A stretch of 64,000 bases of DNA from contig NW_019028979.1 of NCBI RefSeq assembly GCF_002105155.1, forward strand, positions 682,001 through 746,000, read 5' to 3'. Each line of letters begins with the position of its first letter. The first letter of the stretch is position 1. Below the pieces are notes generated by a model. It was not told where the DNA came from and did not search any database. It saw only the letters and a program-made list of their open reading frames with translations. A program made the translations under genes and the position numbers. Source of the stretch: Lobosporangium transversale. Taxonomy: Eukaryota. Below are positions 28,907-42,969 of the stretch, one piece after another.

Positions 28907-31900
28907 CTAAAGAGTCTCGCGACATGCTTTCAGACACTCCATAAGTCCCTTAATTTGGCTGGTTAAGATCTGGCATTCTTTTGGGCTTTCTGACAACTCA
29001 AGAGCCAGACGATAAGTCTCGAGCTTCACAAGAATCGTCGCGATTGTCTTTTGCGTTGCCGCCACCAGAGCCTGCACCTCAGGCGAGAGAGGAGGAGGGG
29101 GAGCAGTTGGCGCACTGGTTTCACCTTGCTGTCCATTATGGGATGATCCCTGAGCATGGGTGTGACGATGACGATGATACTTTGGCTCCTGACGTTCGCT
29201 TTCAGATGCGTTGTCGGAGGGATTGGAGTAAGTTGACATCGGTCGAGCACCTGCAGGGGTGGAAGGTGGTGCTGGAGATCCTGGGACAGGAGGAAGAGAC
29301 CTATTTGAAAATTCGCTTCCTCTACGGATGATTTGCTGTTTTCTAGTCTCTTCATCCTCGGTAGGAGGCTTCTACATTAAAGTATGCAAAAATCAACTAA
29401 AGTCAGCTCTTTCGAAATCTACCCACACATCTCATCGCGTTATATCTTTCACTCTTTTCTACCTCTACATCCTCGTTCAAATGCTTTCCAAGCATCTGCT
29501 GTGTGGGTGCTGCAAAACTGGGCAAGCCAGCAGGCGGGAGGTTGATTGGGTTAGAGATGCGACCGAGAAGCTCACGTTGGGTGCGACCCTGGAATGGAGC
29601 TGGGATGGGTGACGATACAGCCTTATTTGGAGGTGAAGCGATGCCGGTAACGCTTTGGTGCTGAGGAGGGGCAACTGGTGATGGCACTTGAGGCGGTGAA
29701 GGAAAAGCAGCGAGGGCTGCGGGCTGTGATGCAGCATTGCTGGGTGGTGCTGGTTTGGGTAGAGTAGATGTTGAATTTGCGGTAGCAGCACCAGATGCAG
29801 TTGTAGTCGCAGCAGGAGTAGCAGTACTATTTGTACTAGAGGACACAATGGTATATTTCCCTTGCTCCAAATCCTGCTCTCGTTGGAAAAAAGTCTCACA
29901 AATAACACAGTACTCCTTCTTCTCACGACTTCTCAATAACAGTACCTGTTAATAAAAAGGAAGGACGATGCAAATCTTGTTAAGTGTTTACTTTTTTTTT
30001 TTTTTTTTTTTTTTCTCAAATTCTTAGAGGATGAATGTTTTCAAAACTTACACCATGACATGAAGGATTAGGACATGGATCCTGTAACATGGCCCAACCT
30101 TGTAACATCTTTTGTCCGATAAGCTGTGATGCACGCTCGCTCTGTTCCCGCCTGAGGTTACGTTCTTTGATCTCTTCTTCCGTAGGCTTATAGACCTCCT
30201 CTGCTGCATCCTCGAAATCATCATCACTCTCTGCACCCTTGTCATCTTCACCCCCATCCCCTGAGGTTGAAGACTGTTGATGCTCCTGCTTCTGATCCTG
30301 ATTCTCACCCTGAGTTGGTCCCTCTGTAGAATTTTGGTGTAGCTCAGAAATCTCAGGTTTATATTCCTGAACAAACTCGGCTGCGACTTTTGATGATTCA
30401 ACATCCGATGTATTTGTTATAGGGCCAATAGCCTCCGCTTTGACGATGCTCTCTTCCCCATCAGTTGATAGTTCATTTGCTGATTCCTGCCTCTCTGCGG
30501 TGGCAGCGGTAGAGTTCATCTCTGTCTCTGGGGTACTAGCAGATGAAGATGTTTGAGCAGGAGGGCTAGGGAAGGAAGGCGGAGTTGAGCTGGGGCCAGG
30601 AAGTGCTGGCAATGGTGTCGAGGGAGGCAGAATATTGCCTGAGAGAATTATGGACGATTGAGGAGAACGTCGCATGTCTCTTGGTACAGGCTGAGTGAAA
30701 TGAGTACTAGCCGGGGGAGGAGACAAGGGAAGGGAAGGAGGTTGTCCTGGAGGCCGAGGAATGTTGGGTTTGGAGGATAATGAACCCAATGCTGATTTTA
30801 TCACTCCAGAAGGAGGAGGTGTGGTAGGTGGCGCGGGTAGAGATGTGGATGAGCGAGGAGGAGGTGTAGAAGGGGGTGCAGGTCCAGATCCTCCAATGTT
30901 GCGGTTGCCAACAGGACGCAAGGGCCTGCGTGCCTCCGCCATGGGCTCCAACGCGGACACGCGATGATTCTGTGGAGAGGTTGAGCGTGGACCAGAGGGC
31001 GGCGCAGGCAAAGCCGTGGTTGGCGCAGGTGTGGACAAGGTGTGTACGGCTGGTAACGGTGATGGTGATGAGGGTGAGATAGATGATGCCGTCTGGGACA
31101 GGATCTGTCCATCTGATTGTGGACTTGCCTGGGTCTGGTTCGCTTCCACGGAATCAACAGGTGGGTTCAGCTGGCAGTTTACACAGATCTGGCTGGTAGC
31201 CTCCCGATTGCACATCAATGGTGTCTAAATAAGTTTACAGTTAAAGGATTGGTAATGGAGTTTTAGACAGCGGATCAATAGTTTAGGGATACGTCTTTTT
31301 GAATTCTACTCCTCTTTTCCTCTCGCAATTCACATTTATCATGTTTGGCTTGGCTCATTCGAGATCATTGAAAACATGGTTAAGAGAGTGCAAGGGATTT
31401 GTCCAGGTATATTGAACTAGACGCATGAGAGCCATATTTAAAAGTTCATGAAAGAGCAATGGCTAGATACTACTAGATTATGTTTATGCTTATGTTGTTT
31501 TGAGGCTGGTGTTATGCAAAGTGACGGCATCACATGGAACGATGGCACCCATTAGCCCCATTAGCCCCATTAGCCCGATTTAGCTTTCATTTCTCCACAG
31601 CTTGTTATAAACCCCATTCTTCAACTTACATTGCAGTCCGGGCAACCGTCATTGAGCATTGCCTACATGTTCATGTAAAGTTGTAAAATGTATATATATA
31701 TATTTAGAACCTTGACATTGATCTTGTTGATCTTGTTGATCTTGTTATTATTGTTGTTGTTTGTGACTACATTAAAAAGTCGAAAGATCATTACCCATCC
31801 TTGGAGCATATATGTTCCCATTGCAGCTGAGACTTTGTCCATATCCATGATCTTTACAGCCTGTTTGTTGATTACGTTAGGAGAAGCATGTGTCGAGACA

Positions 31901-31932
31901 TTAGTGTTATCAATATCTGTTTCAGTGGCCAT
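28907..31932 (-). CDS. Protein with two SSSCA1/ZNRD2 (autoantigen p27) zinc-ribbon domains and Pro-rich linkers
   Basis: Domain 1 (spliced) SAAMGTYMLQGW|AMLNDGCPDCN|TPLMCNRE..ICVNC; domain 2 SQLIGQKMLQGWAMLQDPCPNPSCHG|VLLLRSREKKEYCVICE; C-terminal helix ..CLKACRETL, stop 28907. Confidence 0.8.
31548..31577. repeat. Intronic 10-bp tandem repeat (CCCATTAGCC)x3
   Basis: cccattagccccattagccccattagccc read directly. Confidence 0.8.
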
Positions 31933-32781
31933 AAGGTTGTCAGGCTATAGCGAAGAAAATAATAACAACTAAGATAAGATTGAGAGAATAGATGAAAAGT
32001 GAGCAAGGAAGGATGTGAGGGTGCGAGAGTGGAGGAAAGAATGGAATAGGATAGAATGAAATGTGATGAGAAGGGATCTGTGATGACAAGACAATGGATA
32101 AAAACAAAAAAAAAAAAATGTATATGTAGAAAACGTTGGAGACTGATTTTTGTGACACAGGAGGCCTTGACTCTAAAATAGCCTTTGCTTACACAACCTA
32201 CTGCAGTTGGCTCTAGTTTTAGGAAACAAGCATAAGCTCTCATCTCCTCCTGTGGGTCATGCAGTGTATGAAGTCCAGTCGCATACCTGGACCTTGTCTC
32301 GACTTGGCCATAATTGCCGTCTTTTAACCAAGGAAAACAAGGCTCTCTCTGTTTTTCTTTATATGAATGAACCTTCTTTCTGTTTTTTGCTAGACTGCTA
32401 CACAACTGGGACTAACTCACTGTTTGTGCCAGGCTGCTTTAATATTTGACAGATATCCACAATCTCGTTCTTGCTCCGCTCGTTGTTTTCCTTCCTCTTC
32501 ATCTCTTTCCGTCTTTGGGCTCACGAATGCCTCTTTTTTTGACTGCTGACCCAAAGATAAAAGTCTTTTTTTTTTGTAAATGACTATCATCTAGATTTAA
32601 TATATAATAAATAAATAGGGCTTTTATTACATTTTTACAAAAAAAATAATAGACAAAAATGACGCGACAAATCTTACAAAACAACCTGATGCAACTCTCA
32701 TGAATGAAATATGTAAATGTTTATATACATTGTCTATATTTTGACCAAAAACAAAACTTCACAGCAAACGCAATTTATGGA

Positions 32782-33774
32782 TTAACGGACAGAAACAAAT
32801 CGTTGTTGTTTTTGTTGCTGCTGGTACCAGCCAGGCATAGCTGTAGACATGTTGTAATCTGGGACCATTCCAATGGAGGACATATTCATATGAGGTACGG
32901 CAGAATACATTCCCATTGAGGGATTTACCACCATCTCTCGTTGACCATTCAAATGAAGTGAAGGTTCGACGGGGTTAAACATCATATCATCAAACAGATA
33001 AGGCTGTTGCTGTTGCTGCATCTCATGCATATGATACATTTGTTGTTGTTGGAATGACCAATCTAACATGACAGCCTCTCGAGCCTCAGAGGAAAGAGAA
33101 GGATCCATCGCCGCCATAATAGACATATCAGACCCAGTATAAGACCCTGCAATGCCACTGGAGTGGGTTGAGTCCATAGAACTGACGGAGCTGACTGAAC
33201 CTTGCCGGGGCTTTGTACTTGCTCCAATGTTGGCATTTACACTGGATGGAAGCTGAACAGCAGTTTTACTTGTAGGGTCCACAATGGCGACTGCCTTAGA
33301 AACCGTTGGGATATGCTGAGGTGCTGAAGAAGGAAGAGGAGATGGAGGAGGTCCGTTTGTAATAGCTGTACGAGATGAATGAGATGGGGACGACAGTAAT
33401 AGCGGAGATGTGGGTAAAGATAAGGAAGGACCACGGGCATGGTTCTGTTGCCGCCACCCAATGCCGCTCTTTGAATTAGCCAAAGCAGATTCAAGTTTCA
33501 TTTCAGCAACCTGCATGGGAAATAATAGTGAGAACATTAGTACCTTAGTACCTTAGTATAGAAGGCAAGCATTGAGTACCAAAGGCCCTTGGTTTAAATT
33601 GCACTCAACCCATAAAGGCGCGAGACATACCTCTTTCGCCGTCAGACTCGGACAAAAATCAAGATCGTCGTCAAAGCATTTGGCAGCTTCTTGGCTTTGA
33701 AGGAACTGCTGAAGATACATGGTTTGATGGAGTGAAGTTGGGTAAGCTGGATAGGTAGAGTGGTAGTCGTGCAT
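32782..33774 (-). CDS. Hypothetical Ser/Gln/Met-rich protein
   Basis: Exon 1 MHDYH..FDDDLDFCPSLTAKE|GTATGT, intron ~33511-33630, exon 2 VAEMKLES.. to stop 32782; TATA-like element upstream (~33980). Confidence 0.65.
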
Positions 33775-34500
33775 GGTTGTTTAATTTTGAATGGCACAAT
33801 TGTTCTTAATGAAAAGAGAGGAGAATAAGAGAGTGAGGAGAAGAGGGATAGAAAGTACAAAAGATTGAGAGTTTGAAGGAACGCTTATTTATTATTCGTG
33901 CTATCGTATGTATGTGAAGAGAGTAAGACCAGAGATCGATAAGATCAGAATGGAATATGCTTCTATGAAAGACCCTTTATATACGTTTTACAGAGATGTT
34001 TCGAGAACTGTCTACGTGTGTATGGGAACAACATGTGGACAAAGCATATCTTTATTTCTGGCAAATGGTCCTTTTCTTGGATGACAGTGCCCCACACTGT
34101 TTCATCATTCAATAAGCGTCATGGATTCCATTGCTTGACAAATCCCATTGGTTCGACTTTTGAATACACTAAATCACAAAAGCGGCCTATGACGCTGCTC
34201 ACTATTTTTCTTTTTTTTTTTTACTCAGAAACAAATCAGCGACAGATGATGAGAAAACACCCTTGAGAACTAAAAAGCTGAGCGTACTCATCTTGGGATC
34301 CCGAGAATTAAACTATTAAGGTTTTGGCTAGCAGATCTTTTCAAGTCACCATTAGAGATGTCATCGCAATTATATCATCTGTGAAAAAGATAAAAATACA
34401 AATATTCAGGAAATTATAGATTTTATTCTTTATTGAGAAAGAAAGGTGAATGCTTCAGTATATTTGTTTTCCTCTCCTTTCAAGAGGTGATTAAGAGTAT

Positions 34501-36065
34501 TTACAAGCGGTCAACGTTGCCAAGATCCTTGCAAGCAATCTTGACACGTTCGGCCATGGTCTTTTCACCCTCGCGGACCCAAACGCGAGGATCGTAGACT
34601 TTCTTGTTGGGCTTGTTGGGGCCCTCGGGGTTGCCAACCTGAGCCTGAAGGTAATCCTATATATTTTATGATAACGAATGAAGTTAGACGCATATTAGCA
34701 TACATGTAAGATTAGAGAACAACAGGGTGCAAACGAGATCAGAGTTGCTTTTACCTTCTTCTTCTCGTAAAAGTCCTTGATGCCCTTCCAGTAAGCCCAT
34801 TGGGTATCTATTCGAAGAAAAAAAAGGACGGCAAATTAGATTCCACACGTTCTGTCAAATTGGAATGAATCTGAATAGTAAAAATAATTGGGCACATCTT
34901 AACACCAAAACATTTGTATAATGAGCGAGGACACCAAACAGCCATGTTTTTCAGAGCCATGTCTCTCCCCCCATTGTATACATATATGGTTCGATCATCT
35001 CATATACCACATACCAGTGTCAACATTCATCTTAACGACACCGTTCTTGACAGCGGTCTTGATCTCCTCCTCAGTTGAACCGGAACCTCCGTGGAAGACG
35101 AACCAGACGGGCTTGTCGGTCTCGAGCTTGAGCTGCTCCTTCACATAGGCCTGATGTTTGCCGAGAAGCTCAGGGTGGAGCTTGACGTTACCAGGGGCAT
35201 AGACTCCGTGGACGTTACCGAAGCCGGCGGCAATCGAGAACAAGGAAGTGATCTTGGAGAAGGCATTGTAGATATCGAGAATATCTTGGGGCTGGGTGTA
35301 GAGTGAAGCATTGTCAACGCCCGAGTTATCAACACCATCCTCCTCACCTCCAGTGATACCAATCTCCATCTCGAGGTGGCAATTGATCTTGGCCATGCGC
35401 TCAAGATACTTGACACAAATTTCGATGTTTTCCTCCTTGCTCTCTTCTGAGAGATCAAGCATATGGGACGAGAAAAGGGGCTCGCCGTGCTTGGCAAAGT
35501 ATTCCTCATCAGCAGCCAACATACCATCGAACCAAGGGAGAAGCTTCTTAGCGCAGTGGTCCGAATGCAGGATAACGGGAATGCCATAGGCCTTAGCAAC
35601 AGTGCGGACGTGATGGGCACCTGCAATAGCTCCCAAAATGGAAGCTTGCTCGTCCTTGTTGGAAATGCCCTTTCCAGCAAAGTAGGCAGCACCTCCATTA
35701 GAGAACTGGATGATAATAGGGGACTTTGCGTCACGAGCAGCCTCTATAAAGATGTAGCACAATATGTGTATAAAAAAGATAAAAAAAAACGCGTTCTCTT
35801 AGTGACAAGACGAGACAAACCCGGTTCCTGAGTTGCACATTTCACTTTGTCATTCAGTTGCGAATGAGCAATTAATTCACACGCCTTTTTTTTTTTTATT
35901 CTTATTAAAAAAAACGAATATATTACCAAGAGCAGCGTTGACCGTGGAGGAGGATGTGCAGTTGATGGCGGGGATGGCGAATCCGTGCTTGGAAGCATAG
36001 GCAAAAACCTTGTGGACATTGTCGCCGGTGATGACGCCGGCAGGGACGATATCGAGAAGACCCAT
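34501..36065 (-). CDS. FBA1: Class II fructose-1,6-bisphosphate aldolase
   Basis: MGLLDIVPAGVITGDNV, LHSDHCAKKL, HMLDLSEE, EIGITGGEEDG, FGNVHGVY, FHGGSGS, KMNVDT|DTQ, NKKVYDPRVWVREGE; strong codon bias; four exons. Confidence 0.98.
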
Positions 36066-36676
36066 GGTTATTTGACTGGTGGTGTTTGTAATAGAAGAAA
36101 GAAGTGTAGTTGATGTGTGTGGGAAAAAGAAAGAAAAGAAAGAGAAGGAAAAGAAAAGAAGAAAAAGAGGGACAGGCGGTGTGTGAAACGGCAGTACGAC
36201 CCATAAATGCACAGTCCTCTGGAGCATCATGTTTGAATTAATTTCATGGCAACAGAAAGGAATGCAGATAAACGGATCGACCATCGGAAGACATTCTCTG
36301 TCCCCGGATCAAAGAATCCCAATTTCTATTTTCAGGCACTTCAAAGTTTATTGTCACCCCAATAATCCCAATTATATATGTGCATGTATACTTTGGCTCA
36401 CGTCACTTGGAACCTCAGATGAACGAATAATGAGAGCACATGCGGGGAAACCAGGAAACAAATTGGGGTAAAAAACGCACACAATAAAAAATCATTGTAA
36501 CACGATTCAACAAATTGACCATAACCTGACTGGTCCCAGGTCTCCTCGTCTACTTTATTTACGTATACATACTCGTTCATGGAGTCAAATTATTTAAACA
36601 CATTTATATAATACTTATTACATATACAAAAAAGGGCACATAGCTGGAAGATAAACGTGGGTAAAACAGGATATAC

Positions 36677-36707
<31 letters not shown>

Positions 36708-36825
36708 CGAAAAGACGAATATGGAGACAATAAAAAGAATGCATTCAATGGGCACCAAATAACGACTGTTGACATATGACGAATAGTGAGCGTGCGAAAA
36801 TAAAGGGATAGTAGATAGAAACGAG

Positions 36826-39136
36826 TTAACCCTGTTTGCGTGTCGCACCGGCTACTGCAGAATCAACTCGGGAACCTGCTTCTTCAATTCCTGTAGCTAC
36901 AGCCATTGACTTTGATTTAGTATGTTCTGTCACCTCCTGTTTGAAATTTTGGTGGTTGCTACGTGGTTCTCCTCTGTTTGAATTAGTTGACCACAAAACG
37001 TTTCTTTTACCGCTCTTCTTCTTCTTACTACTTTCACCACCATTCGTTTCCTGAGTGCTAGAACGCGTCAATTGATGGTCATCTGATTTCTTGACGATGT
37101 TGGCAATATCAGCAAGACACAACTCCACAGTTGCCCGAGGCCCTTTGCTTCCCTGAGTACCATCTCGATCATATCCGCTCGAACGGCCGTTCTTTTGTTC
37201 AGTATGCCCTTTTTTAGGTCCATCCCTAGATTGACTTCTGCCTGATGTCTTGGACTTGTTCAGACTAGTGATTGAGGGTACAGTCTTTGTTGGAGTTACT
37301 TTTTCGCCATTTTTTGCCGAAGTGTTGGGTGCTGTATTTTCATCGTGCGCTCTTATCTTTTCCTTTTGAATACGGTTTTGCCCATAGCTGTCGATATTGG
37401 CGGCATTCTCCATAACCTCCTTGTTTCGGCTGTTCTTATTGCGGACATAAGGAACGGTATCCGCTTCCTCAATTATAGGAGTGGTAACGACATTGTTGTA
37501 TTCAACATTGGTGGATCTGGAAAAGTTGGCTGCATTCGTGGTTGCCAAGTGCGGGGCCGTATCTTTCAAACAGTACGCAGAATTAGATCGTTGTCGTTTT
37601 TCATGGCTACCCCGTTCATGCTGTCCATCTACAGGATGAAAAGGGCTTGCTGCATGCGGAAACTGTGATGAATCCATGTATCGGTTTTTGTGTATCGCTT
37701 CTGCCTCATGCTTACGATAACCATTAGGTTTATGATGCTGACCATCAAATCCGCCAACGTATCGCCTACCGGTCGCAGTATGGTTATTGACTAAAAACCC
37801 TCCATGACCCCCTGTTCGATGGTAAGCGTTACGGTTGTGGTAATAGCGTGGCGGGAAAACCCATTGTTCACAGACTTGGTCCAAGCTCCCGCCATTGTTG
37901 AGGATGTCGAGCGCTCTTCTAAACTCTTGCTTCAACCCTTTACTACTGGCCATGTCGCATGAATTCCCAAGATTTCGTGATGTGTCGAAAGGCTCCTCAA
38001 CACATAGCAGCCTATAGTGCTTCCCTGGAAGGTGCCAGTCCTTTGATTCTTTGGTCAAGTAACATGCATGGCGCACGGAGACAACATGATGATCATAGTC
38101 AAACTCGATCGCAAATCTACCATTGTACCAATGGCAAAGTCTGTAAGCAAACATGGAAATTACATAAATTACATTCAAATATTGAGTATTGATTGTTTGT
38201 CAGACTATGGATCCATACCTTCGAAAAAATGCATAAAGAAGCCCCCCCAACGATTCTTTGTTGGCTTGACCAAAGCCTTCTAGTCGGTCAATATCGCTAA
38301 AAAACGAAGTATTGTTTCCATTGATAACCTGATTGTCTGGCGAGAGTTCATGGGGCATATCATGTAGGGAGGGTAAGATAGGTGGCGACCGCATCTGCAA
38401 AAAATTGATCACCATGCATATCCATGTATACGTCGATATTGTTCCACCATTGGCTTTTCAAAAAATGTCAAAGTCAATAAATAAATACAAACAAAGGATA
38501 AGTTAATATGACTGCCTATTACCAAAGAATGGATTGTCAGCTCAGTTGGATTGTCAACTCCAAAGACTTGGTATACCTGCATCATTGAGTACCCTTTTCC
38601 GTGCCCAGTGCTTGATGATCATAGCAAAAGGACGCACTCGACGGTCGATCGCCACATATGTCTTGACCATTCTTGAGTTCATGATACCCAGTTGAGTGTT
38701 AATGTTCATGTCGCAAGAGAGTTGTCTAACCAGGATTTCAATATAATGTAGGACTAGATCAGCAACGTATGCAAAAATATATATTCACAAGATTCAACAA
38801 GACATTACTCAGTTGGTTATATACAATTCAGGGTCCCAGAGTTTGACAATGGGCACTTTCGCTCCAAGCACACAGAAAACGTTTTCCATGGCATGTTTTC
38901 GAAACACATCCGCCAACATTTCGACACCCTGAAGTCCAAGCCATGAGGTAAGGATACAAATATCTACGTCACTTGAATTCGTCCCTAGATCATTGACAGT
39001 TGATCTATGGGGTTTGACAAAAATATGTAGAAGAAAAAGACATTTAATATCAAAATGCGAGTTCGTTCACAGATATATATAAAGCTCATTCTGCCAGATG
39101 GTATTCTTCAATTTACAACAATAACATATCACCGTA

Positions 39137-39169
<33 letters not shown>

Positions 39170-40458
39170 CGCATACCCAAAAGGCAAGACTTTGATGTCC
39201 TGTCCTGGCCATTCTGCATGAATAATGCGCTCAATCTTGCTGATTAATTGAGTCCTACGCTGATGACTTTCCTCTGTTGGTAATAAGGTCTATTTATGAG
39301 TTAGATTTATAAAATAGGAAAGTTTATGAGTAATTAGCCAGCGTGGACAACATTCAATACTTGTGCATTTTGGGAGCCATAAGTCCACTACGTGTGGATT
39401 TAACTACTCTCACTTTAAAAATCACTATATTTGATGGACAACATGAACAGAATCTCGAAACATGCGCGTTCTTTCACAATTTCCAGCATGAGACGAAATC
39501 ATACCTCGAAAAGACTGTACATCTCCGTAGTAAGCCTTGCCTCACGCTCAGGAGACAATATGATAGGTACTTGCTGGTGTAGTCGCTGCTCAGAGGATAG
39601 GCTCAAGAACATTGGTTGTACGAGAGACCTCGGGTCGACTCGGACGGGTGTGACTCCTGGCAAAAGTGCTGCCCAGGCGGGGGTAGGTTGGCCAGGAAAA
39701 TGTATCCTTGGTGCTACTACAGACACTAGGTGTGGATATGGATATGTTATTGACAATGGTGATGGTGACCTGATCGGACACATTCCTTTTGTTGGAGGTG
39801 GGGCTGATCCTGCTCGTGATCGCATAGGAGGGATTCGTTTCCTATCCTCTAGTTCGAATGGGACGAGAGGGGGCATAGCCACAATTGGCTTCGGACGTTC
39901 AAGATCAGTCATTTCTTTGATAGACTGTTGTCGTGTAGGTGAGAGTGGTGAGGTAGCCATCATGAGCCCTGGTACTACAGTGTGGTTGTTGCGACTGGAT
40001 TTATTAAGATTATTGATGTCGATGTTGACGCGGCTTCGTGTTGCTGTTGGATGTGCGAGGGTAGCTAAAGGACCCCGAACCACGTTACTTGGAAGTGCAT
40101 TCTTAGGATTCATGGAACTGTTATCATGATCGAATGTGTGAACGGAATCGATGGCATGTATTGTTGTTGCTGCATTATCGATGACACGAGTGCTCTCTAC
40201 AACACTATTAGCTCGCCTAACATTATTTGCAGAGTTGCTGGAATCGACTAATAACGTGTCGGCAGTGTTTCCTAATAAAGGGTCTTCAAGACTTGTTAGT
40301 GACTCAGGAGAGTGTTGATGCTGCTGGCGATTTGGAGAGGGCTGTTGTGGTGACTGTAGATGATGTGAGTGCGAATGTTTGGCAGACGTGAGTAGCGTTG
40401 GTATTGGAAATTGCAATAGGGTCTCGCCGTGAAGTGACGGATGCTGGATAGGCGCCAT
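36826..40458 (-). CDS. Non-canonical poly(A)/poly(U) polymerase, Cid1/Cid13/CutA family
   Basis: Spliced catalytic motif FG|STVNDLGTNSSDVDICI, KVPIVKLWDP, SCDMNIN, IKHWARKRVLND, GGTISTY; PAP-associated domain with LCVEEPFDTSRNLG; disordered termini. Confidence 0.9.
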
Positions 40459-41930
40459 ATCGGACAAGCTGTAAGAGATGTAGATGTTGCGAAGGTGGAG
40501 ATGGATATAAATTGAAAACAAACAACAGTTAAAAAGGACTAGCAGAGTTAAAGAAAGGTAATTTATGTGAAGTGCAAAAACAGAGAGACAGCACTGATAT
40601 CCTTTCTTTCTATTCTTTCTTTCTATTTCTCTCTTTTTTCCTTCCTTTGTTATTGTGTAGTGACTTTCGAATGTGGAAAAAGAAGTAAATATGTGTTTAA
40701 ATGAACTAATCTGTGATGGGAAAAAGTAAAATAAATAAAAAAATTAGATGGTGAGATTAAACATTACAAAGAATAATGCAGACAATTTGGACAAATGGAA
40801 ACGAGAAATTGTAAACGAGAAAGAATGGCAATAGAGTGACTAACAATAGAGAGGGAAGCGGTTACAAGTGCATAAATGCGGAAAGCAAAGTTTGGGGAGC
40901 GAATAGAAATGAAAAGAACATCAATTGCATTTACAAATATGCAACACTGACATTATTGAGCTCTGCATGGCTGTTCTCTGCTTCCATGGTACTGCGGATG
41001 GCGTTGGCCAATGCTCCCATGCGTCACCAATAAAGCACTGCAATCAACATTCACCCTAGACTACCCATCACCCATCTTGCAAAGTAGACCTAATTTGAGC
41101 AACAGACGGGAACATTGCTTTATAAAGCATTAGTAAATTTGTCGATTATTAACTGCGCACCTCCAATCGATCGTACTTTTGTTTATTATTGTTTTTTCTA
41201 CACATGCAGCGCATACTTTTTTGTTGTAGTAACTCAATATATTCGTTCCATCTCTCGTCCAAGGTACTCCAGGCAAAATAGCACTTTGTGTTTATCTAAC
41301 AACCATCTAGCTCTTGAAAGCCTACGTCGGGTTGTTGTTTTTTTGCTGCTACTGTTGAGGTTGACGAAACGCGTATAAAAACGCGATGAAGCCTAAACAT
41401 ATGAATAGCTTCCTATAAGAATATCGATTGTCTGCTCTGTATCCTACTTTGCATCTAAAAATATCCATGAAGCTTTCCAAAGCCCATCGTATTAACTGTT
41501 GGCAGCTCAAAACCGAAAACAAACTTGAGGTATTGTTGACTGGGTCTGGATCCAATACTGCTATGGATATTTGACTCGCAAAAAAAAAAAAAAAAAAAAA
41601 AAAAAGTTGGTAGAACAAAAGGGTTTGGAATAGAGAACCCAAGCAGGTCGCGGGAGGAATGAGTGTCTATAAACATATATAAAAAGAAAATTTCCCAACA
41701 ATACACTCTAAACCCAATTTTTCCCGAGTAGAGCGCAGTCGAGAAAAATTGTCAGATTGAGCCCAAACAGGGCGTGTGAACAGCGGCCAACGTGATCTTG
41801 AACATTGAGAACGTGATGGTATAAATATATGCTTTGGCCTCCCAAAAAAAAAAAAAAAAAAAAAAAATCTGCTTTTATCTCACACAAACATCCTCAACTG
41901 AGAGACTTTCTCGGACCATAGAACTCAACT

Positions 41931-42969
41931 ATGTCGACCAACGCCAGACGATCATTCATCAACAAGCACTCTTCTCAAGAAAATGCAAGGATCTTGGCTG
42001 ATCCCAATGTTTCCTATCGCCTCCTGTACTGGGATGCTGCTTCCGTTGGCGCTACTCCCAGAGACATCTTGGCGTTTGGGAAAGCAAAATGGTGTAACCA
42101 ATTACCTGTAGTAAGTCCTTCAGCCAAATCCCATTAAAGATTGTATTCTTTTGATCAATGCATTTGGTCTGTAACTTCTCTTGATTCTTGTTCTTTCAAG
42201 GGCGATGAATGGCAGACTGGAAAGTTATCTACTCCGTTTGGGGTCATGCCTGTATTGAACATTATTGCACCGGATGAAAAGGTATGGAGAAGGAAGAACA
42301 TGGCCTTGTTTTGGATTATATATGACTATTAAGCCTCTTGATCATGACAATTTACTTTATATTTTTATAGGAAGTCTTTATAGCGGAATCCATAATCGTA
42401 GATCAATACCTCGCCAAAAAGTTTGGATTGCTTGGCGACAATGAATGGGAGGAATTCACCATCAAAGGCTTTTACAGCAACATTCATTACCTACGCGAAC
42501 GTTCGTTTATGAATGTCACATGGACATATCCAGACAAGAGGAAGGTCGCGATGGAAAAATTCCTAAGCACAACATTGCCAAGCTTTATCAGCGACCATGA
42601 GTTCCACCTCAGAGAGAACGGATCGAATGGGCATTATGTCGGTAACAAGGTGGAGTATTGGCAATATAAAATGTTCTGATATAGGTTGAGGCGATTTCAA
42701 GCTCAAAAATAACGATTAATTTACATATTCTTACTTTTTCACAGCTCTCGCTCGCGGACATTCATCTGGCCAATGTTATCGACCATTTCTCTCACTTGCC
42801 TGCGGGCAAAGAGATCAATGCTTTGTTTCAGAGGAGCGATGCACTATGGAAGGTCAAGGAAATTGTTGAACAGAACCCCGAAATCGCAGCATGGCGAGCC
42901 ACAGAGGAGTGTAAGATGCTGCAGAATAGATCCATTGCTTGCTATGCCCAGACAGCTGTTCCAGAATAA
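41931..42969 (+). CDS. Glutathione S-transferase
   Basis: YRLLYW, TPFGVMPVL, AESIIVDQYLAKKFGLLG, NGHYVGNK|LSLADIHL; four exons; TATAAATA at ~41820. Confidence 0.88.
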
